From contig OZ024749.1 in assembly GCA_964016885.1 (NCBI GenBank), forward strand, positions 30,938,001 through 31,002,000: a stretch of 64,000 bases of DNA, written 5' to 3'. Positions 1 through 16,478 of the stretch are shown piece after piece. Below the pieces are notes generated by a model, which ran no database searches, was not told where the DNA came from, and saw nothing but the letters and a program-made list of their open reading frames with translations. A program made the translations under genes and the position numbers. The DNA comes from Eledone cirrhosa (Eukaryota). The number at the start of each line of letters is the position of its first letter. The first letter of the stretch is position 1.

Positions 1-58
1 ATACTTTCACTCGTGTAGGACACCTCGGTTATCTTTCATTTTGTAAAACAAACCTCAC

Positions 59-96
<38 letters not shown>

Positions 97-208
97 TGAG
101 GTATTTTTCTTACTGGTAATAAAATAACGTGGTAATTAATTACTGACTTTTCCTGTTTATAATTATATATAAGTATAATGAAGTATATATAAGTTTGAAT
201 AATATATA

Positions 209-258
<50 letters not shown>

Positions 259-284
259 GTATAAAAATCAATACAATATAATTA

Positions 285-354
285 CCTCATTACCAGAGGT
301 TTCCCGAATGAGGCGAATACGAAATAAACGTCTTCATTCGTTCGTTAGACGAGG
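285..354 (-). ncRNA. Hammerhead-like fold (core CUAACGA, probably mutated)
   Basis: Minus strand: cctcgt CTAACGA a cgaatga...tcattcg g GAAA cctctgg TA atgagg. Helices I, II and III all pair. Confidence 0.55.
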
Positions 355-1188
355 CAATATAAAACATGGCTAAATACTTGGAAAGGCTCATCAAGAAAAG
401 CAAAAAAAAATAAATATATATATAGACAAATGAATTACAATATGAAATATATAAAAATCTTTCAAGAAATATAGTTAGGTGTGTGTATGTGTATGTATAT
501 ACGCTCACAGATGTGCATATATGTGTATGTACAAATGTATACGTATAGTGAAAAAGTGTGCGTAAATATATATTTTAGGGCGAATGTATCTGTGTGTCTG
601 TAAACTACAGACAAACATGATGTGGTTTTCTGTTTGGCAGGTACACGGCAAAAATAGGGTAATAGATACATCATAAGAATATGAAGGCACGCGCATAAAC
701 ACACCTACACACACGTACACTTATATGCGGAAGTAAAAGGGGTAAGGGAGTGTAATAATTAAAAGAAAGTATCGTTCTCGATATATTTATAAAAATGAAC
801 AATAATTTAGAAAGAAAAAATTGAAGAAAAGAAGACACACAAGGTACACGCATACACACACACGTATATCTACAAGAAACGTATATCTATAAGAAATATA
901 TATATATACACGCAAAAAACGTGCAGACAAAAGCGTATGCAAGTACATCTACATACACAGGATACACGTAAATACGAATATACGCCTCGCCCCATGTATA
1001 TCTAATCACGCGCACGCACGCGACTGTATACACACTCGCATACACACACACACACAAAAAACACAAAAAATATACATGCTTAAATACACACGCACACTTA
1101 CACATCAATACATTCGATACGTACACACACACACTTACACTCACGCATATTGACCTGTTTGCATGCACACGCATAAAAAAGAGGATGT

Positions 1189-1254
<66 letters not shown>

Positions 1255-1581
1255 GTATATATTTATATATATATTTATATATATATATATAAAGATATAT
1301 AACTGAGTACTAAACAGTGAATTTAAAATTTTCTCAACAAAATTTTGCGATTTTTCTAAAACCAAGATATATGTTAATATCAAATAATATTGACACGGCT
1401 GCAGATGCATTCATATATTATCTAAACATATATGTATATATGCATGTATTTATGTATGCATTTATGTGCGTATATACATCCTACTATTTCAAATGTGAAA
1501 CTTATGTATTTATTCATTGCACTCTGCTGTTTGATTTGTTAATACTGTTTACTTTCCACATACAACAACTAAATGTGTATA

Positions 1582-1615
<34 letters not shown>

Positions 1616-1679
1616 TATACACATTTAGTTGTTGTATGTGGAAAGTAAACAGTATTAACAAATATATATATATACATAC

Positions 1680-1751
<72 letters not shown>

Positions 1752-1802
1752 TTATATATAAATATATCTGCATGTGTACAAATACTTGTATATACATATA
1801 TA

Positions 1803-1871
<69 letters not shown>

Positions 1872-2438
1872 TGTTATACCTGGGGAGGGTAATATTGTTG
1901 TAATGATATTGCCAGAAATAATAACAGAACACACCTACTGTTTGGTTGGTTTTCGCTTCTGCATCTTTTATATCCCGATAGTATGTATTATGTATATATA
2001 TATATATACATACATAAATGCTTACATACATACACATATATATATACATACGCATATACATATTAGTCAGCATAATTGTGTTTGTTAGTCAAGGTGCTGA
2101 AGCTAATAACAGAGGTAACATTTCGTAATTTTCTCGTGAAAATTCATCAATTGCTGAGTAACTGTGTACTGGTATAAGATTAAATAACATATTACATATC
2201 TCATGTACCTATGTATGTATATTTAAATATGTGTGTGTGTACATATACATGTATATATATACCTATAAATACGTAATATTTATATATATACATGTATATT
2301 CATATCTATCTATACACTCACTCAGACACACACGTGTATGTATGTATATATATATATATATACATATAATCCGGGTTCAGTCGGGGGTAACCAGAGTAAG
2401 AAGTGCTTCCTGATTATTTCTCCCGAATCAAACTCTTC

Positions 2439-2550
<112 letters not shown>

Positions 2551-2771
2551 ATATATATATATCCTGTATTCATATGTCACCTCCATAACTGGAAAAAGTG
2601 TGTGAAGTGAACTAAATTACAGAGAGAATCGGATTCTAAGTCAGGAAAACATTTTGTTAAGATGTTTTTGTATTCACTAAAGGTGATTGTTTTGCAGAAC
2701 AACACAGTACATGTGCGGAAAATAAACTTTATGAACGAATTGGAAACGCCACTTCCAATAAACTTTCTAAT

Positions 2772-3427
2772 TTCGGCATATGGCCAATCATTTTATGGGG
2801 AAGAGAAGTCAAGTAGATAGATTCTAGTGTATTGCTGATACTTTATTTTATCGAAGCTTCATAGATGAAAGGTAAAGTTAACCTCGGTGGGTTTTGAACT
2901 CAGAACGTAACGGACCGTAACTCTATGATGCAAAGCATCCGATGGCATACCGATACAGTCAATTCACAGCCTTTAAATTAGTCTCCAATAGCCACTACCA
3001 GAAATTCAACTCAAGGTCGAACAGATACATTTTAGGCGCTTCAAACCATTAAGCTACGTCTTCCTCTAACAATGGTCTCTTATATAGGCACAAGACTATC
3101 AATTTTGGGGGAAGGGGAAAGTCGATTAAATCGACCGTAGTGCGTTCCTGGTACTTTATTTTATCGAACTCGTAAGGATGAAAGGCAAAGTTAACCTCGG
3201 CGGGATTTGAACTCTGCCAATCCATCGACCTTTTCTTCCTCTAACAATAAAAACATAGGACAACAAACTATAATTTACATTAGTATTTTTAAATCCAAGA
3301 TAATACAAAATTATTAAAAATAATTGTTTCTACTTTAGGCACAAGGCCAGCAATTACCCAGTGCATTACTGGTACTTTATTTTATCGACCCCGTAAGGAT
3401 GAAAGGCAAAGTCAACCTCGGCGGGAA
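2772..3427 (-). mobile_element. Cluster of three SINE copies or fragments (2772-2970, 3085-3230, 3322-3427)
   Basis: Each contains ggatgaaaggcaaagttaacctcggcggga-like sequence. Confidence 0.75.
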
Positions 3428-4305
3428 AAATAATATGTGGAAGATAGTAACGCTAGGTATATATAGCATAAAAGACTTTCGTCTGATAACAGTATCCTAG
3501 AAGGAGAATAAATAAAGTTGTACTTCCCTAACTCATACCAATAAAATTAGTTATTTTTGCAATTTACTGAAACCTCACACATCCTCTGACATTTAACTGT
3601 TTTTCTCCTTTGTGGTATCATTCTCTTTGTTTAATGTTCTCTCTCAATCCTTCCGTCTGTTCTCTCTCCCTCAACTCCGTCTCATAATTCTCCTTCGTGT
3701 AGCTCTCATAAATTTCGTTTTCCTATTTCCCTTATGTTTCGAGCGTCAGTTCGTGTCAGAGAAATATCATTTTTTTCTATTCACCTTCCTGTGTGTCGTT
3801 GTCATATCCTGAATATTCCTCCGGCTCAATGAGGTTTCAGAGAAGGTCTAGTTCGGCTCACAACTATACGGAAGGACACAGCAATTTATTAGAGAACACA
3901 TGTTACGAATACGTAATGTTACGAATACATAGTGTTACATATGGTCTCAGATATCGTGTGAGGAATATCGTATGATTTTTTCCACAATAAAACCAATGAA
4001 GGCTGGTTCGAAACATAAGAATCAATTCGAATTATAGATCTTTTTTATATTTCTAATTAACGGAGAAAGAGATAATGGTAATTAGGCGACGAAGCGAATC
4101 AATAAACAGATCATTAATAAAAGAGATAAAAATCGAAAAATCATTAATAAATGTTAATAATAAATATAAAACATTGATTATTTGTAAATATAAATACTGC
4201 TAAATTTCACAACTTCAAAAGGAGGCCCCTTTTATCGTTACCAGATGAATTAGCATTATTTCTTCATGACGATGTTAGTGATGCTGCTGATGATGATGGT
4301 AATGA

Positions 4306-4306
4306 A

Positions 4307-4380
<74 letters not shown>
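4306..4380. repeat. (AAT)n microsatellite
   Basis: Direct reading. Confidence 0.95.
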
Positions 4381-5915
4381 CAAAAGCAACAACATGGTAA
4401 TAATAAAAATACTGATAAATAATAATAATGGTAACGAAAACAACAAAAACAACAATATATTGGGCTGTATTATCGCAACACTACATCAAATGTCGGATGT
4501 ATTGGAATTTTAAATTGAAATTTGATATTAGATACAAGGTAGTAGCTAGAGATATAGTCTAGGAAATACAGGTGGATGAAACTAATAAATGCTGTGTTCG
4601 ATCAAAATGTGGCTCATCTTGTTTATGTATCATTTATCACAGCCACCTCATACCTTTTGAGTGAAACTGGGTAGTGGGGAACTGTTTGGAAGCCAATTAG
4701 GATGGACTGTCAAATATGAAGCTCTCAGCTGCATCTTGTAACATTAATTTTAAGTGGTCACCGTGAAATTGTACGATATTTACAGTTATTACAGATCTAG
4801 CTAATGGTTTTAGTAAGTTTATATATAAAATGATAGAGTCATCAGAATGTGGGATAGAATGCTTGGCGGTATTCGTTCTGACTATCTTCTCTCTAAATTC
4901 AAATCTCGCCTAGGACATCTTTGCATTTTATAATTTTGATGTCGGTAAAAAAGTACCAGACTAGTAGAGGGTTGGATTCTTCCTGTATATACCTTCATCT
5001 CTTCCATTTTATCACTTTCTATCCTTCTATAAAGAGAATCCACTCTGTCAGACCTGGTGAGTAGATGGGCTCTGTTAGGCTTAAACTGCTCAAGAAACGC
5101 CGTATGCTACAACGGCGCCCCTAGGGCTCTGTTACGGGGCTAAACCATGAATACATAAATACACACATACTTACATACATATACAATGGTGGCTACTAAA
5201 ATCTATAGAAGTATCTGATAGTACACTAGTTCATCCAAAGCAACCGCTGCTAACTTGTCAGTAATATATTTGAGTAATATAAATATTGTCTTGAGATTCC
5301 TATTTCATTATCAGCTGCTTTTCTCTCAATTTAACCAATAGGTCAACACATCATCGATAAATCGATAGGGCAAAGCGTCAGCAGTATTATTGGTCTATAA
5401 TTGTTATCAATATTAGTAAGCATCTGACTAATTTACTAATCACATTCAAAGGACAGAAATACAAAAGATACTTCCATAGGTGTTACACAACTAACTAAAA
5501 ACTGCAACCAAATCTCCCTCAAATCACACATAATCATCTTTAGATGAGAAACGTATACAACGTATAGAAACATACATTACCCTATATCTGGTATTAAAAT
5601 TGATGATAATGGCTCAATTTTGTGGAGGTTGTGTCATGACGTTATATTTTTGTTGGTGGCTGACTTTCCTTCACCTCTTATTTCATATCTTTCTTTCCCC
5701 CCTCTCCCTCTCTCTCTCTCTCTAACTTTACCTGTCTCTTTCTTTCTCACATAACCCCTCGCTTAGTGTTCGTATGATCCACTTTCTATTTTGTGTGAGG
5801 ATTCATTACTGAGGGACGGCGGTTGATTTAGGGGCATTTTGAGGTATTATTTATCTGACTGAAAGGGTCATGAAACGGAATGTTACACACACACACACAC
5901 ACACACACTCACTCC

Positions 5916-5959
<44 letters not shown>

Positions 5960-5961
<2 letters not shown>

Positions 5962-6151
5962 AACAAGTATGACCCCGACGGCAGAGCTCAAGCCATTTCG
6001 ACGGCTATTTCAATCCAGAAATAGCCGTCGAAACGGCTTGAGCTCTGCCGTCGGGGTCATACTTGTTCCTATTACCCACTCTACTACCCTAATTATTGAA
6101 TACTTTTGTGCTTTATGGTCCATCTGGTTCCTTACCACAATTCCTTCGTTA
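5960..6151 (+). mobile_element. Non-autonomous fold-back derivative of the PLE family A pLTR
   Basis: An inverted arm starting at (TA)n-GGAACAAG, then a direct arm with an 80-nt tail ending CCTTCGTTA-(TA)n. The sequence matches 51910-52043. Confidence 0.85.
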
Positions 6152-6658
6152 TATATATATATATATATGTGAGTGTGTGTGTGTGTGTGCAGACTAACAA
6201 AGCAAGCGAGAGAGTATATTAGTTTAACGCTTGATATAGCAAGGAAAAATACATTAACGTTTCGGACACTAGTGCTGCATCAGAAGATAGAATGAGAAAT
6301 ATAAAATGAAGTAGAAAGATAGATAGTGAAAAGGGGAGAGAAGGGATAAAAATTCTCAGAAAACACACACGAATTTACTTAGACATAATGTATATATATA
6401 TATATATTTATATTATATAGATCAGAGCAAACAACACGGACACTCTATCTCAAAATTATTTTTGAAAAGCATTTAGAAATGCGCAACCGGTAAAAACTTA
6501 AAAACTTAAAACCACAACTGAATACTAACCCATACAATCACTAATACTCTTTTATTCCTAATTAAACTATTTTTCAACTGTGAACAATTTGTCAGCATTT
6601 TCTATTCCGTTTACCAATATATATATATATATAAATATATATGTATATATATATATAT

Positions 6659-6697
<39 letters not shown>

Positions 6698-6701
6698 AGT
6701 G

Positions 6702-6791
<90 letters not shown>

Positions 6792-6845
6792 CATGCATAT
6801 ATATATATATTTATATATATGTATATATATATATATATATACATA

Positions 6846-6883
<38 letters not shown>

Positions 6884-7212
6884 TATGCACACACACACAT
6901 ATATATACATATATATACATATATATATACAGATATATATATTGACAGGTAGTGATCGTTATAATAATCATTTATATTTGGCAGATCTGAACCATTGAGC
7001 GCTTGTCTAGAGATTCTTTATACCACCAGTAACTTGATAACAACTTTCAATTGGTATATGTGACTCTATCCACTAGGCTATCTCAAGTTAAATATAGATT
7101 CGGATCGATAAATCTACACAAACCTATGTTAATCAGGTGATTAGATGAGAATAAATCAATGCAGTTGTATTTAATTTCACTTCAGCCATCGATTTATTTA
7201 TTTATTTACATC

Positions 7213-7499
<287 letters not shown>

Positions 7500-7744
7500 A
7501 TATATATCCATCTCTCTCTCTATCTCTCTCACTCTCTTTCTCTCTCTCCCGCTTTACCTCTCTCGCTCACTGTTTATTTAGATTTTACTCCTTTTCGTTT
7601 TCTTTCTTTGAAGAATCCTTCAGCTCTCTAGTTATCAGTTATTCGTTAGAAAATACACTTCAGTAATAAGTTCGTTGTAAACAAGACCCTTATCTAAATG
7701 TCAGCCAGGAGTTCTTTAAACCTATACACACACACACACACACA

Positions 7745-7898
<154 letters not shown>

Positions 7899-8027
7899 TT
7901 TGTTGGTAATGGGAATGCTGGGGCATTATATATATATATATATATAGTAATAATAATACATTTGAAGACTAAAATCCAAAGAGGGCTCGATAAGGATAAA
8001 TATATATCAAAAATATAAGAACAGTAG

Positions 8028-8079
<52 letters not shown>

Positions 8080-8375
8080 AATGTATATATATGATATATT
8101 ACATTTATAAATTTATTCTCTCGAAAAGATGATTCTACCTTTCGTGTCGACGTGATAAAGGATGAAACAATAATATAGTAGATTTGATTATCGATAAAGT
8201 AATCCAGCTATGATAGGATAGGTTGTACAATAATCGACAGGTATTTGTTTATAGATCTTGGCATTGCTAAAGACAATTCTGACATAAGAACTATGCAACT
8301 AGGAAAGCATAGTATAATTTATGTCAAATATTACACACATATATGATAATTGACATGCGAGCGCGTATGTATATG

Positions 8376-8441
<66 letters not shown>

Positions 8442-8448
8442 GGGTCTA

Positions 8449-8505
<57 letters not shown>

Positions 8506-8627
8506 CGACGATTGATAAGATATACACAGACATAGAGACGCAACGACAAACATATATACAAGTTCACGCTCGCACACACACACACACACACACACATATA
8601 TGAATTCATAGGGATATATGTATATAT

Positions 8628-9610
8628 TTAGACATAGTCACAGATACATATATGAGTACGGCTACCTTTCACGATGTGGATCAATGAAAGAATTAATTAA
8701 TCAAATAATTATTAATCAGAGCTATATATAAAATTTCAAGTTTGAAGAATTATTAGATAAAATATATACAGTATTTCCTCTCCCTAGTCCCTAGAAATCA
8801 ATCACATAAATAATCATTTAAACGAGGCTATAAGTTTAAAATGTAACTATGAAGAAATAATTGTTTCTACTTTTGGCATAAGGCCTCCAATTATCCCAGT
8901 GGTAGACATAATGTATATATATATATATATATATATATACTGGTACTTTATTTTATCGACCCCGTAAGGATGAAAGGCAAAGTTAATCTCGCTGGGATTT
9001 GAACTCAGAATGGCAAGGGCCGTAACTCTATGCGTCGAAGGATGGCGTCCAACCCTCTACCGATATTGCCAATCCGCATGAAGAAATAATAGACAAATGA
9101 TAGACTATATTCCGCGAGGAACAGCCACAGAAAATGTGTCTTGTCATATGCCAAAATTCCTCTAGTCCCCTAGGAATTTCGGTAAGGTTTATATGCATTT
9201 TTTCTATTTATTTATATGCATCTTTTCTTTTAACTTCTATTTTAGACCTAGCTCCGTGTATTATTTGTCCAGTCAATTTCTACTGGCTAAAAATAATAAC
9301 TAGTTAAATTTTATCTGGCTGTTCCTCGTAGAAGATAGTCTGTATCATTTGTCTATTATTTCTTCATAGTTACATTTATAAATTATTATAGCCTCGTTTA
9401 AATGATTATTTATGTGGTTGATTTCCAGGAACTAGGGAGAGGAAAGACTGTATATATTTTATCTAATAATTCTTCAAACTTGCAAATTTATATATAGCTC
9501 TGATTAATAATTATTTGATTAATTAATTCTTTCATTGAGCCACACTGTGAAAGGTAGCCGTATTCATATATGTATCTGTGACTATGTCTTCAAACTTGCT
9601 ATTTTATATG

Positions 9611-9612
<2 letters not shown>
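8628..9612. repeat. Fold-back element between (TA)n tracts, left arm interrupted by a SINE
   Basis: 8628-8861 plus 9091-9130 is the reverse complement of ~9315-9590. Confidence 0.8.
8862..9077 (-). mobile_element. Same SINE family with a 13-bp TSD
   Basis: TSD ATGAAGAAATAAT at 8849-8861 and 9078-9090, with an internal (TA)n insertion. Confidence 0.8.
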
Positions 9613-9708
<96 letters not shown>

Positions 9709-9709
9709 T

Positions 9710-9742
<33 letters not shown>

Positions 9743-9744
9743 AA

Positions 9745-9785
<41 letters not shown>

Positions 9786-10186
9786 TATATGTATTAATGT
9801 GTGTGTATATATATGTGTGAGTGTGGCTGTAGAATTGCATACATGTGATGGATTAAGTCTACCAATGACATAGTTTGACATCATAACACAGATATGCGGT
9901 ACTATTCATATATAAAAACATTACGATGAAGAGAGAGAGCATGAGAGAATTCAAAGGATCAATGAAAGACAGTGAAGATGAAATAATGGCTATAGAATAG
10001 AGGATTGTTAGTAATCACACACACACATATATAGATCAGTGTAAGCAATAGTTGATAACAACCGTAATACTAACTAATTAATTGTGTTCGCTCTTCTATA
10101 CAAAAACCAGCTCCAAACTGCACACTTGTTGAATGGAGCGTGTGAGCTATGCCCGGGAGATCACTAAAATAAATTCGGCAACTTCC

Positions 10187-10249
<63 letters not shown>

Positions 10250-10253
<4 letters not shown>

Positions 10254-10513
10254 AGGAGGTGAGTTTTATTGTAGTACAATAAAGCAATGCAGATATCGGA
10301 TAAGAAGCACTCTACAGTTTGTGGGACTGGAGTATGCATAATATAAGATCAATGTGTTGATTTAAAACTGCACTATCAACAAGTGTTTTTTAGCCTTCAT
10401 ATCATGTTCTCCTGTTTTATCTGATGAAAACACAAATATTATTGTTTGATGATGTTTGTTTTTGAAATGCGCATAATAAAATATATGGAACTCCTTTAAC
10501 CATCTTTTGATCT

Positions 10514-10520
<7 letters not shown>
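10250..10520. mobile_element. Family E HHR element (tail arm plus HHR arm); related pieces at 30485-30655 and 48800-48978
   Basis: The copies share the tail tgtaggaggtgagttttattg...ataagatcaa and the terminus ...ttttgatcttata-(TA)n. Confidence 0.75.
10415..10481 (+). ncRNA. Minimal type I hammerhead ribozyme (family E)
   Basis: ttttat CTGATGA [helix II] GAAA TGCGCA TA ataaaa, with a palindromic helix III as in PLE minimal HHRs. Confidence 0.75.
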
Positions 10521-10564
<44 letters not shown>

Positions 10565-11657
10565 GGAAGTTCCCGAATTTATTTTAGTGATCTCCTGTAT
10601 ATATATGTCTGCGTGTTTGTGTGTGTGTATATATATCTATATCTATAGATATATATACATATATATATATAAATGTAACTTTTTCTATCCTCTCTCTTTA
10701 TATACATACATATATATATACTCCATAATATATACTCCATAATATTGAACCAAGTGATTGATTTGTGCGACCAAAATAACACCAAACACATATTGAACTA
10801 GGAATATTGGATCCTCCGTCAATGTCCGGGTGAGCAAAAATAGATTTCTATCTGCATTGGAATTTACGAACTTGTGCATCTGCTGTGGTGTCAAAAACAA
10901 ACGCCCATGACCGCACAGATAAACAATGGACCATGACACGTGGCTTGAACCCGTAAGTGAATTGAATGTTCTGCAACTCTGATACACAGATTATTTATTA
11001 TTAAGATGTATAAACTTGACATAACTATTATCATATTATATTCTCTCAACTAATCACACTTGATCATATTTCTCTATCCCGTTTTCTCCCCCCATAATTA
11101 TTATATTTTTATTATTATTTGAAAAAATCGGTTTTTTTACATTGTGTTTTCCCCTCCAAATATTCGCTTATATTTCTTTATATATTCTCTATATATTTTT
11201 AATCTTTATTATTTTTTTATCTTTATTATTTCCACTTTTATCCTCCTTTATATTTTACCTTATTCTTACTTTTATACCTTATTAGAGTGTAATCTTCCCC
11301 ATGCCTCATTATACACTATTAATTATAGATTATTACTCTTTTTCCATTTCTAATTACCTCATGTACTTTCTCCTCCGCTATATATATATATATATATATA
11401 TTGTATGCCCTTTGTGTTTGTGTAGCCTCTGCGCACCCTCTGCACCATACTATCGACGCCACCCCATCTATGGTTCAGCTAACCACCCGACTCCCGGGAA
11501 TGAATATGACCGCAGCTAGTAAACAAGGACCCGCACCCCACCCTCCCGCACCAAAATTAGAGTTATCGTCCCCTACCTTTGCTCTTTACTCTCTTTACTC
11601 TTTGTTCTTGAATGATTGGTTGGTAGAGTCCATAACACCAATAAAACCCCTTTTATA

Positions 11658-11702
11658 GCTCTGACGAATCCTACGGTTACGTAAGGAAGAAACATTGTAA
11701 GC
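11658..11702 (+). ncRNA. Minimal type I hammerhead ribozyme
   Basis: gct CTGACGA atcctacg gtta cgtaaggaa GAAA cattg TA agc, near the 3' end of a ~350-bp island (11401-11750) between (TA)n tracts. Confidence 0.7.
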
Positions 11703-11788
11703 CAATAAAAATCTATTGATGCTGTAGACGCTCTTGTGTTCTTTTTCATATATATATATATATATACATATATGTATATGTATATTCA

Positions 11789-11878
<90 letters not shown>

Positions 11879-11892
11879 TATATATATATATA

Positions 11893-11938
<46 letters not shown>

Positions 11939-12131
11939 TATATATATATATACATATGATATAATTATTATTAATTATTTGTTCAGCCATTTTGTATTTT
12001 ATTCTGTTTTATTATACTTCCATCAAGAAGAGTTGAAATATACTGTGTTGAATATTGGGTTAAACTCATTAAGAAACTCTATCTCACTCATGCACATACA
12101 GTTGCACAGACACAGAGAATGGTATATATGA

Positions 12132-12238
<107 letters not shown>

Positions 12239-12613
12239 AATTCACATATAGCATTCTCTGTGTCTGTGCAACTGTATGTGCATGAGTGAGATAGAGTTTC
12301 TTAATGAGTTTAACCCAATATTCAACACAGTACATTTCAACTCTTCTTGATGGAAGTAAAATAAAACAATAAAATACAAAATGGGTGAACAAATAATTAA
12401 TTCGGATTAGCGACATTAGTCTCCAGTGACGAATAAAACAGAACGTCAATAAACGAAATATTGATGCATCACATCGGAGATGAAAACTAGCAAATATGAT
12501 TAGTAATACATCATAGTTTTATACTTTTCTTATTGTTTATTATATCTTATATACAGTCACCTAAATATATATATACATGTGTGTGCATGTGTATATATGT
12601 GTGCATGTATATA

Positions 12614-12665
<52 letters not shown>

Positions 12666-12688
12666 TATACACATATACACACACACAG

Positions 12689-12762
<74 letters not shown>

Positions 12763-13157
12763 GTATATGCCATTTTGATATAGATTTAATTCAGTGTTTG
12801 TTTCAAAGTAAAACTGACAATAACAATGAAAGTCGTAGTACTTATTTCTAGATCAGAACTTTGCTGCTTTTGTCTTTAGAACTTCAGAAACTATTATAAC
12901 AGTCATCAACGCGATTGTTTTCTTTCTCATTTTAATTGCAGAGCCTATATTAGAGTTTAAAGTTGATGTCTTCCAGATAACCTCCACTATATTTAACACC
13001 TTATTTTATTTTCTTCATATATTTTTTCCATTCTGCCTGAAATTCTAATATTCTATTCGTGCTTTATATTTTGTTGGTTCGTTTACTTCTGTACTTTTTA
13101 TTTTATATATTAATTCATCTCGTAATTATTGAGAAGAATAATTAGATAGAGAGAAGG

Positions 13158-13357
<200 letters not shown>

Positions 13358-13545
13358 TGTGTGTGTGTGTATATATGTGTATATATATGTGTATATATGT
13401 ATATATAATATATATATGTATATATAAATATATATAGCTAGATAGTTCCATAAAACTTAATACAGGTAAACACTTCAAATTATACACGCATACATACACA
13501 CACATACACACACATTCACACACACACGCACACATACACACACAC

Positions 13546-13607
<62 letters not shown>

Positions 13608-14145
13608 GGAAAGTTATATTTAAATTGTTGGGTTACAACGAGTAAATATTTATAACTGATATAAAAGCACTCAACAAGTATTTGGAGTATATTTACGATA
13701 TTAAATAAATGGAAATTATATTTATAAAACCATATTTATTTCATTATATATATTTCAGGGATATCATATTAAAAATATGTTATGCCTTCTTCAGACAAAA
13801 TACAATATAAACAGTCTTATAAATAGATAGATTCGACATACCTTTCAACATCGACTTGCATTTGAAAAGTTGATTTGGTAGTAATGCATTTCTTCTTTTT
13901 CTTCGTTTTTCTTTCTTTCTTTGTTTCTTTCTTTTTACAACTGTCCATAATATTTTTACTACCAAATCAACTTTTCAAATGCAAGTCGATGTTGAAAGGT
14001 ATGTCGAATCTATCTATTTATAAGACTGTTTATATTGTATTTTGTCTGAAGAAGGCATAACATATTTTTAATATGATATCCCTGAAATATATATAATGAA
14101 ATAAATATGGTTTTATAAATATAATTTCCATTTATTTAATATCGT
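13608..14145. mobile_element. Family D1 palindromic HHR element
   Basis: Arms at ~13696-13882 and ~13957-14145, a tail at 13608-13695, flanked by (TA)n. Confidence 0.85.
14039..14103 (+). ncRNA. Hammerhead-like fold (family D1); inverted copy at ~13738-13802
   Basis: attttgt CTGAAGA agg cataacatat...atatgatat ccct GAAA tatata TA atgaaat. Helix I relies on G-U pairs. Confidence 0.6.
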
Positions 14146-14433
14146 ATATATATATACATCAATACATATTATATACAGTAAACAGAATTTGAAAATACAT
14201 TGGAAGATATATATCAGATAACTCTACCGGGTTCACAGCCTTATGATTTTTAAAAATTCATTGAGATGTTGGGATAAGTAGCTCTATATGATATTAGCAG
14301 AAGCACTAAAGCACGAATGTACTGAAGTTCATAATTGTCTTATTTATGATGGCATATACGATATATTTATGTAGAACACACACACACAACACACACAACA
14401 CACAGAGGTATATATATCCATACATACAAATAT

Positions 14434-14479
<46 letters not shown>

Positions 14480-14664
14480 GGGAATACAGAATCATTGTTT
14501 CCCTGCTGATCAGCTCGAGGAATGAACGAGAAATGTTCGTTGCTGACTCTGGAATCGAAATCTGCTCAGATATGTGCTTTCACATTAGACACCCGATTTG
14601 TCATTTTGTGTTGCCACAAATCTTGTTAGAAGAAATAGCTCATCGTTTTTGTTATCATTTATTT

Positions 14665-14987
14665 GGATTGGCAGTATCGGTAGAGGGTCGGACGCCATGC
14701 TTTCCAGTATAGTTACGTCCCTTTACGATCTGAGTTCAAATTCCGCCGAAGTTGACTTTGCCTTTCATCCTTACGGGGTCGAGTAATGCACTGGATAATT
14801 GCTGGCCTTGTGCCTAAAGTAGAAACAATTATTTTAAATTGAAGCATAGAGTTACCCCTCTTTATGATCTGAGTTCAAATCCCGCCGAGGTTAACTTTGC
14901 CTTTCATCCTTACGGGGTCGATAAAATAAAGTACCTGTAATGCAATGGGTAATTGCTGGCCTTGTGCCAAAAGTAGAAACAATTATT
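14665..14987 (+). mobile_element. Two tandem SINE copies
   Basis: Consensus matches at 14665-14832 and 14845-14987. Confidence 0.8.
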
Positions 14988-15872
14988 TTAAAATCCTTTT
15001 TATATTTAATGAAAGAAACTTACATCATGATTGTGTGTTAAGAACCATTGTTATGTTATATGACTAAATCATACTTACTCATGTTTGAATATTGTCAAAA
15101 TGATTAAAAAAAAACAATCACATGGTTAGTAACTTTCATTAAAAATATATTAAGCGAACCTCAGTGTACAGATTAACATAGTAATATTAATGCGTTAAAC
15201 CACAACTGAAGTAATGTTTCATTGTATGTCATGAGCGTCCATACGTTCAGTTGAATAACACACACCCTATTGAGTCAGATATTAAAAGGCTCTCATAGGA
15301 AAATGTTATAATATACAGAATCTATTATCTACTTTAGTAGCTAACATATCAAAATAATGCTCGTCCATTTTATCCATATAAGATAAAATCTTGAATGAAG
15401 AGAAAAACGAAAGTATGGGACGGGGTTTTAAAGGTACGATTGGTGGGACATTAGAAAAAGTATGATATTCAATAAGAAACCGAATTTTGTTTCCGTGTTT
15501 TTCTTGGCTTCGTTTGTATTTTTCCTGTAGGAGTATATTACTATAGAAAGTAAAATCTTATACTTGGTATTGTCTGCACAACTCGTATCTACATTAGAAT
15601 TTCCTGTCCTTTAAAATTTCTACAATGCAGCGTAGGAAAGATTTTTTTGTGTGTTATATAGAACATTGATCCGAAGTTTATACTCAATATTCCATGGCCG
15701 TTAGCGCTCTTTTAAAGCATCTCGTAGATTGAGACAGCAGTGAATAATGTTTAAGTCAAGTTAAAAAAATTTTTGAAATATAGAACGCAGAGAAACGAGT
15801 AATAAAGATCAGCCAGACAACGTCAGGTCCCTCCTCCCTATGATAGTTAGACGCAGTAAAGCACATAAACGA

Positions 15873-16007
<135 letters not shown>

Positions 16008-16042
16008 TATATATATATATTTATATATATAATATATATATA

Positions 16043-16100
<58 letters not shown>

Positions 16101-16233
16101 AGGAAATAGAATAAGTTATAAACATAGATATACAGAATATAAACCGTATATCTATTTTGAAACACGGCAGCACAAACAAACAGAGACATATACAGACATC
16201 CACAGTCACACGGGGGCACAACGATACTCACTT

Positions 16234-16275
<42 letters not shown>

Positions 16276-16376
16276 TATAATAATAGATATATATATATGT
16301 ATGTATATACGCATGTATATCAAGTATATATAAATAAATATATATATATATACATAAATATAATATATATATGTAA

Positions 16377-16478
<102 letters not shown>

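Noticed and set aside
5330-5400. Minus-strand YRFIDDVL resembling a PLE RT catalytic motif
   Set aside because: It is followed by a stop within a few codons and I could not find flanking RT motifs by eye. It may be a very old fragment.
6250-6290. HHR-like CTGATGC...GAAA on the minus strand; similar weak motifs at ~21995, ~36828, ~37455 and ~43720
   Set aside because: Helix I or III could not be formed convincingly, or the motif is truncated.
10797-10960. Possible exon (AG ... GTAAGT)
   Set aside because: All three plus-strand frames contain stops and no recognisable protein motif.
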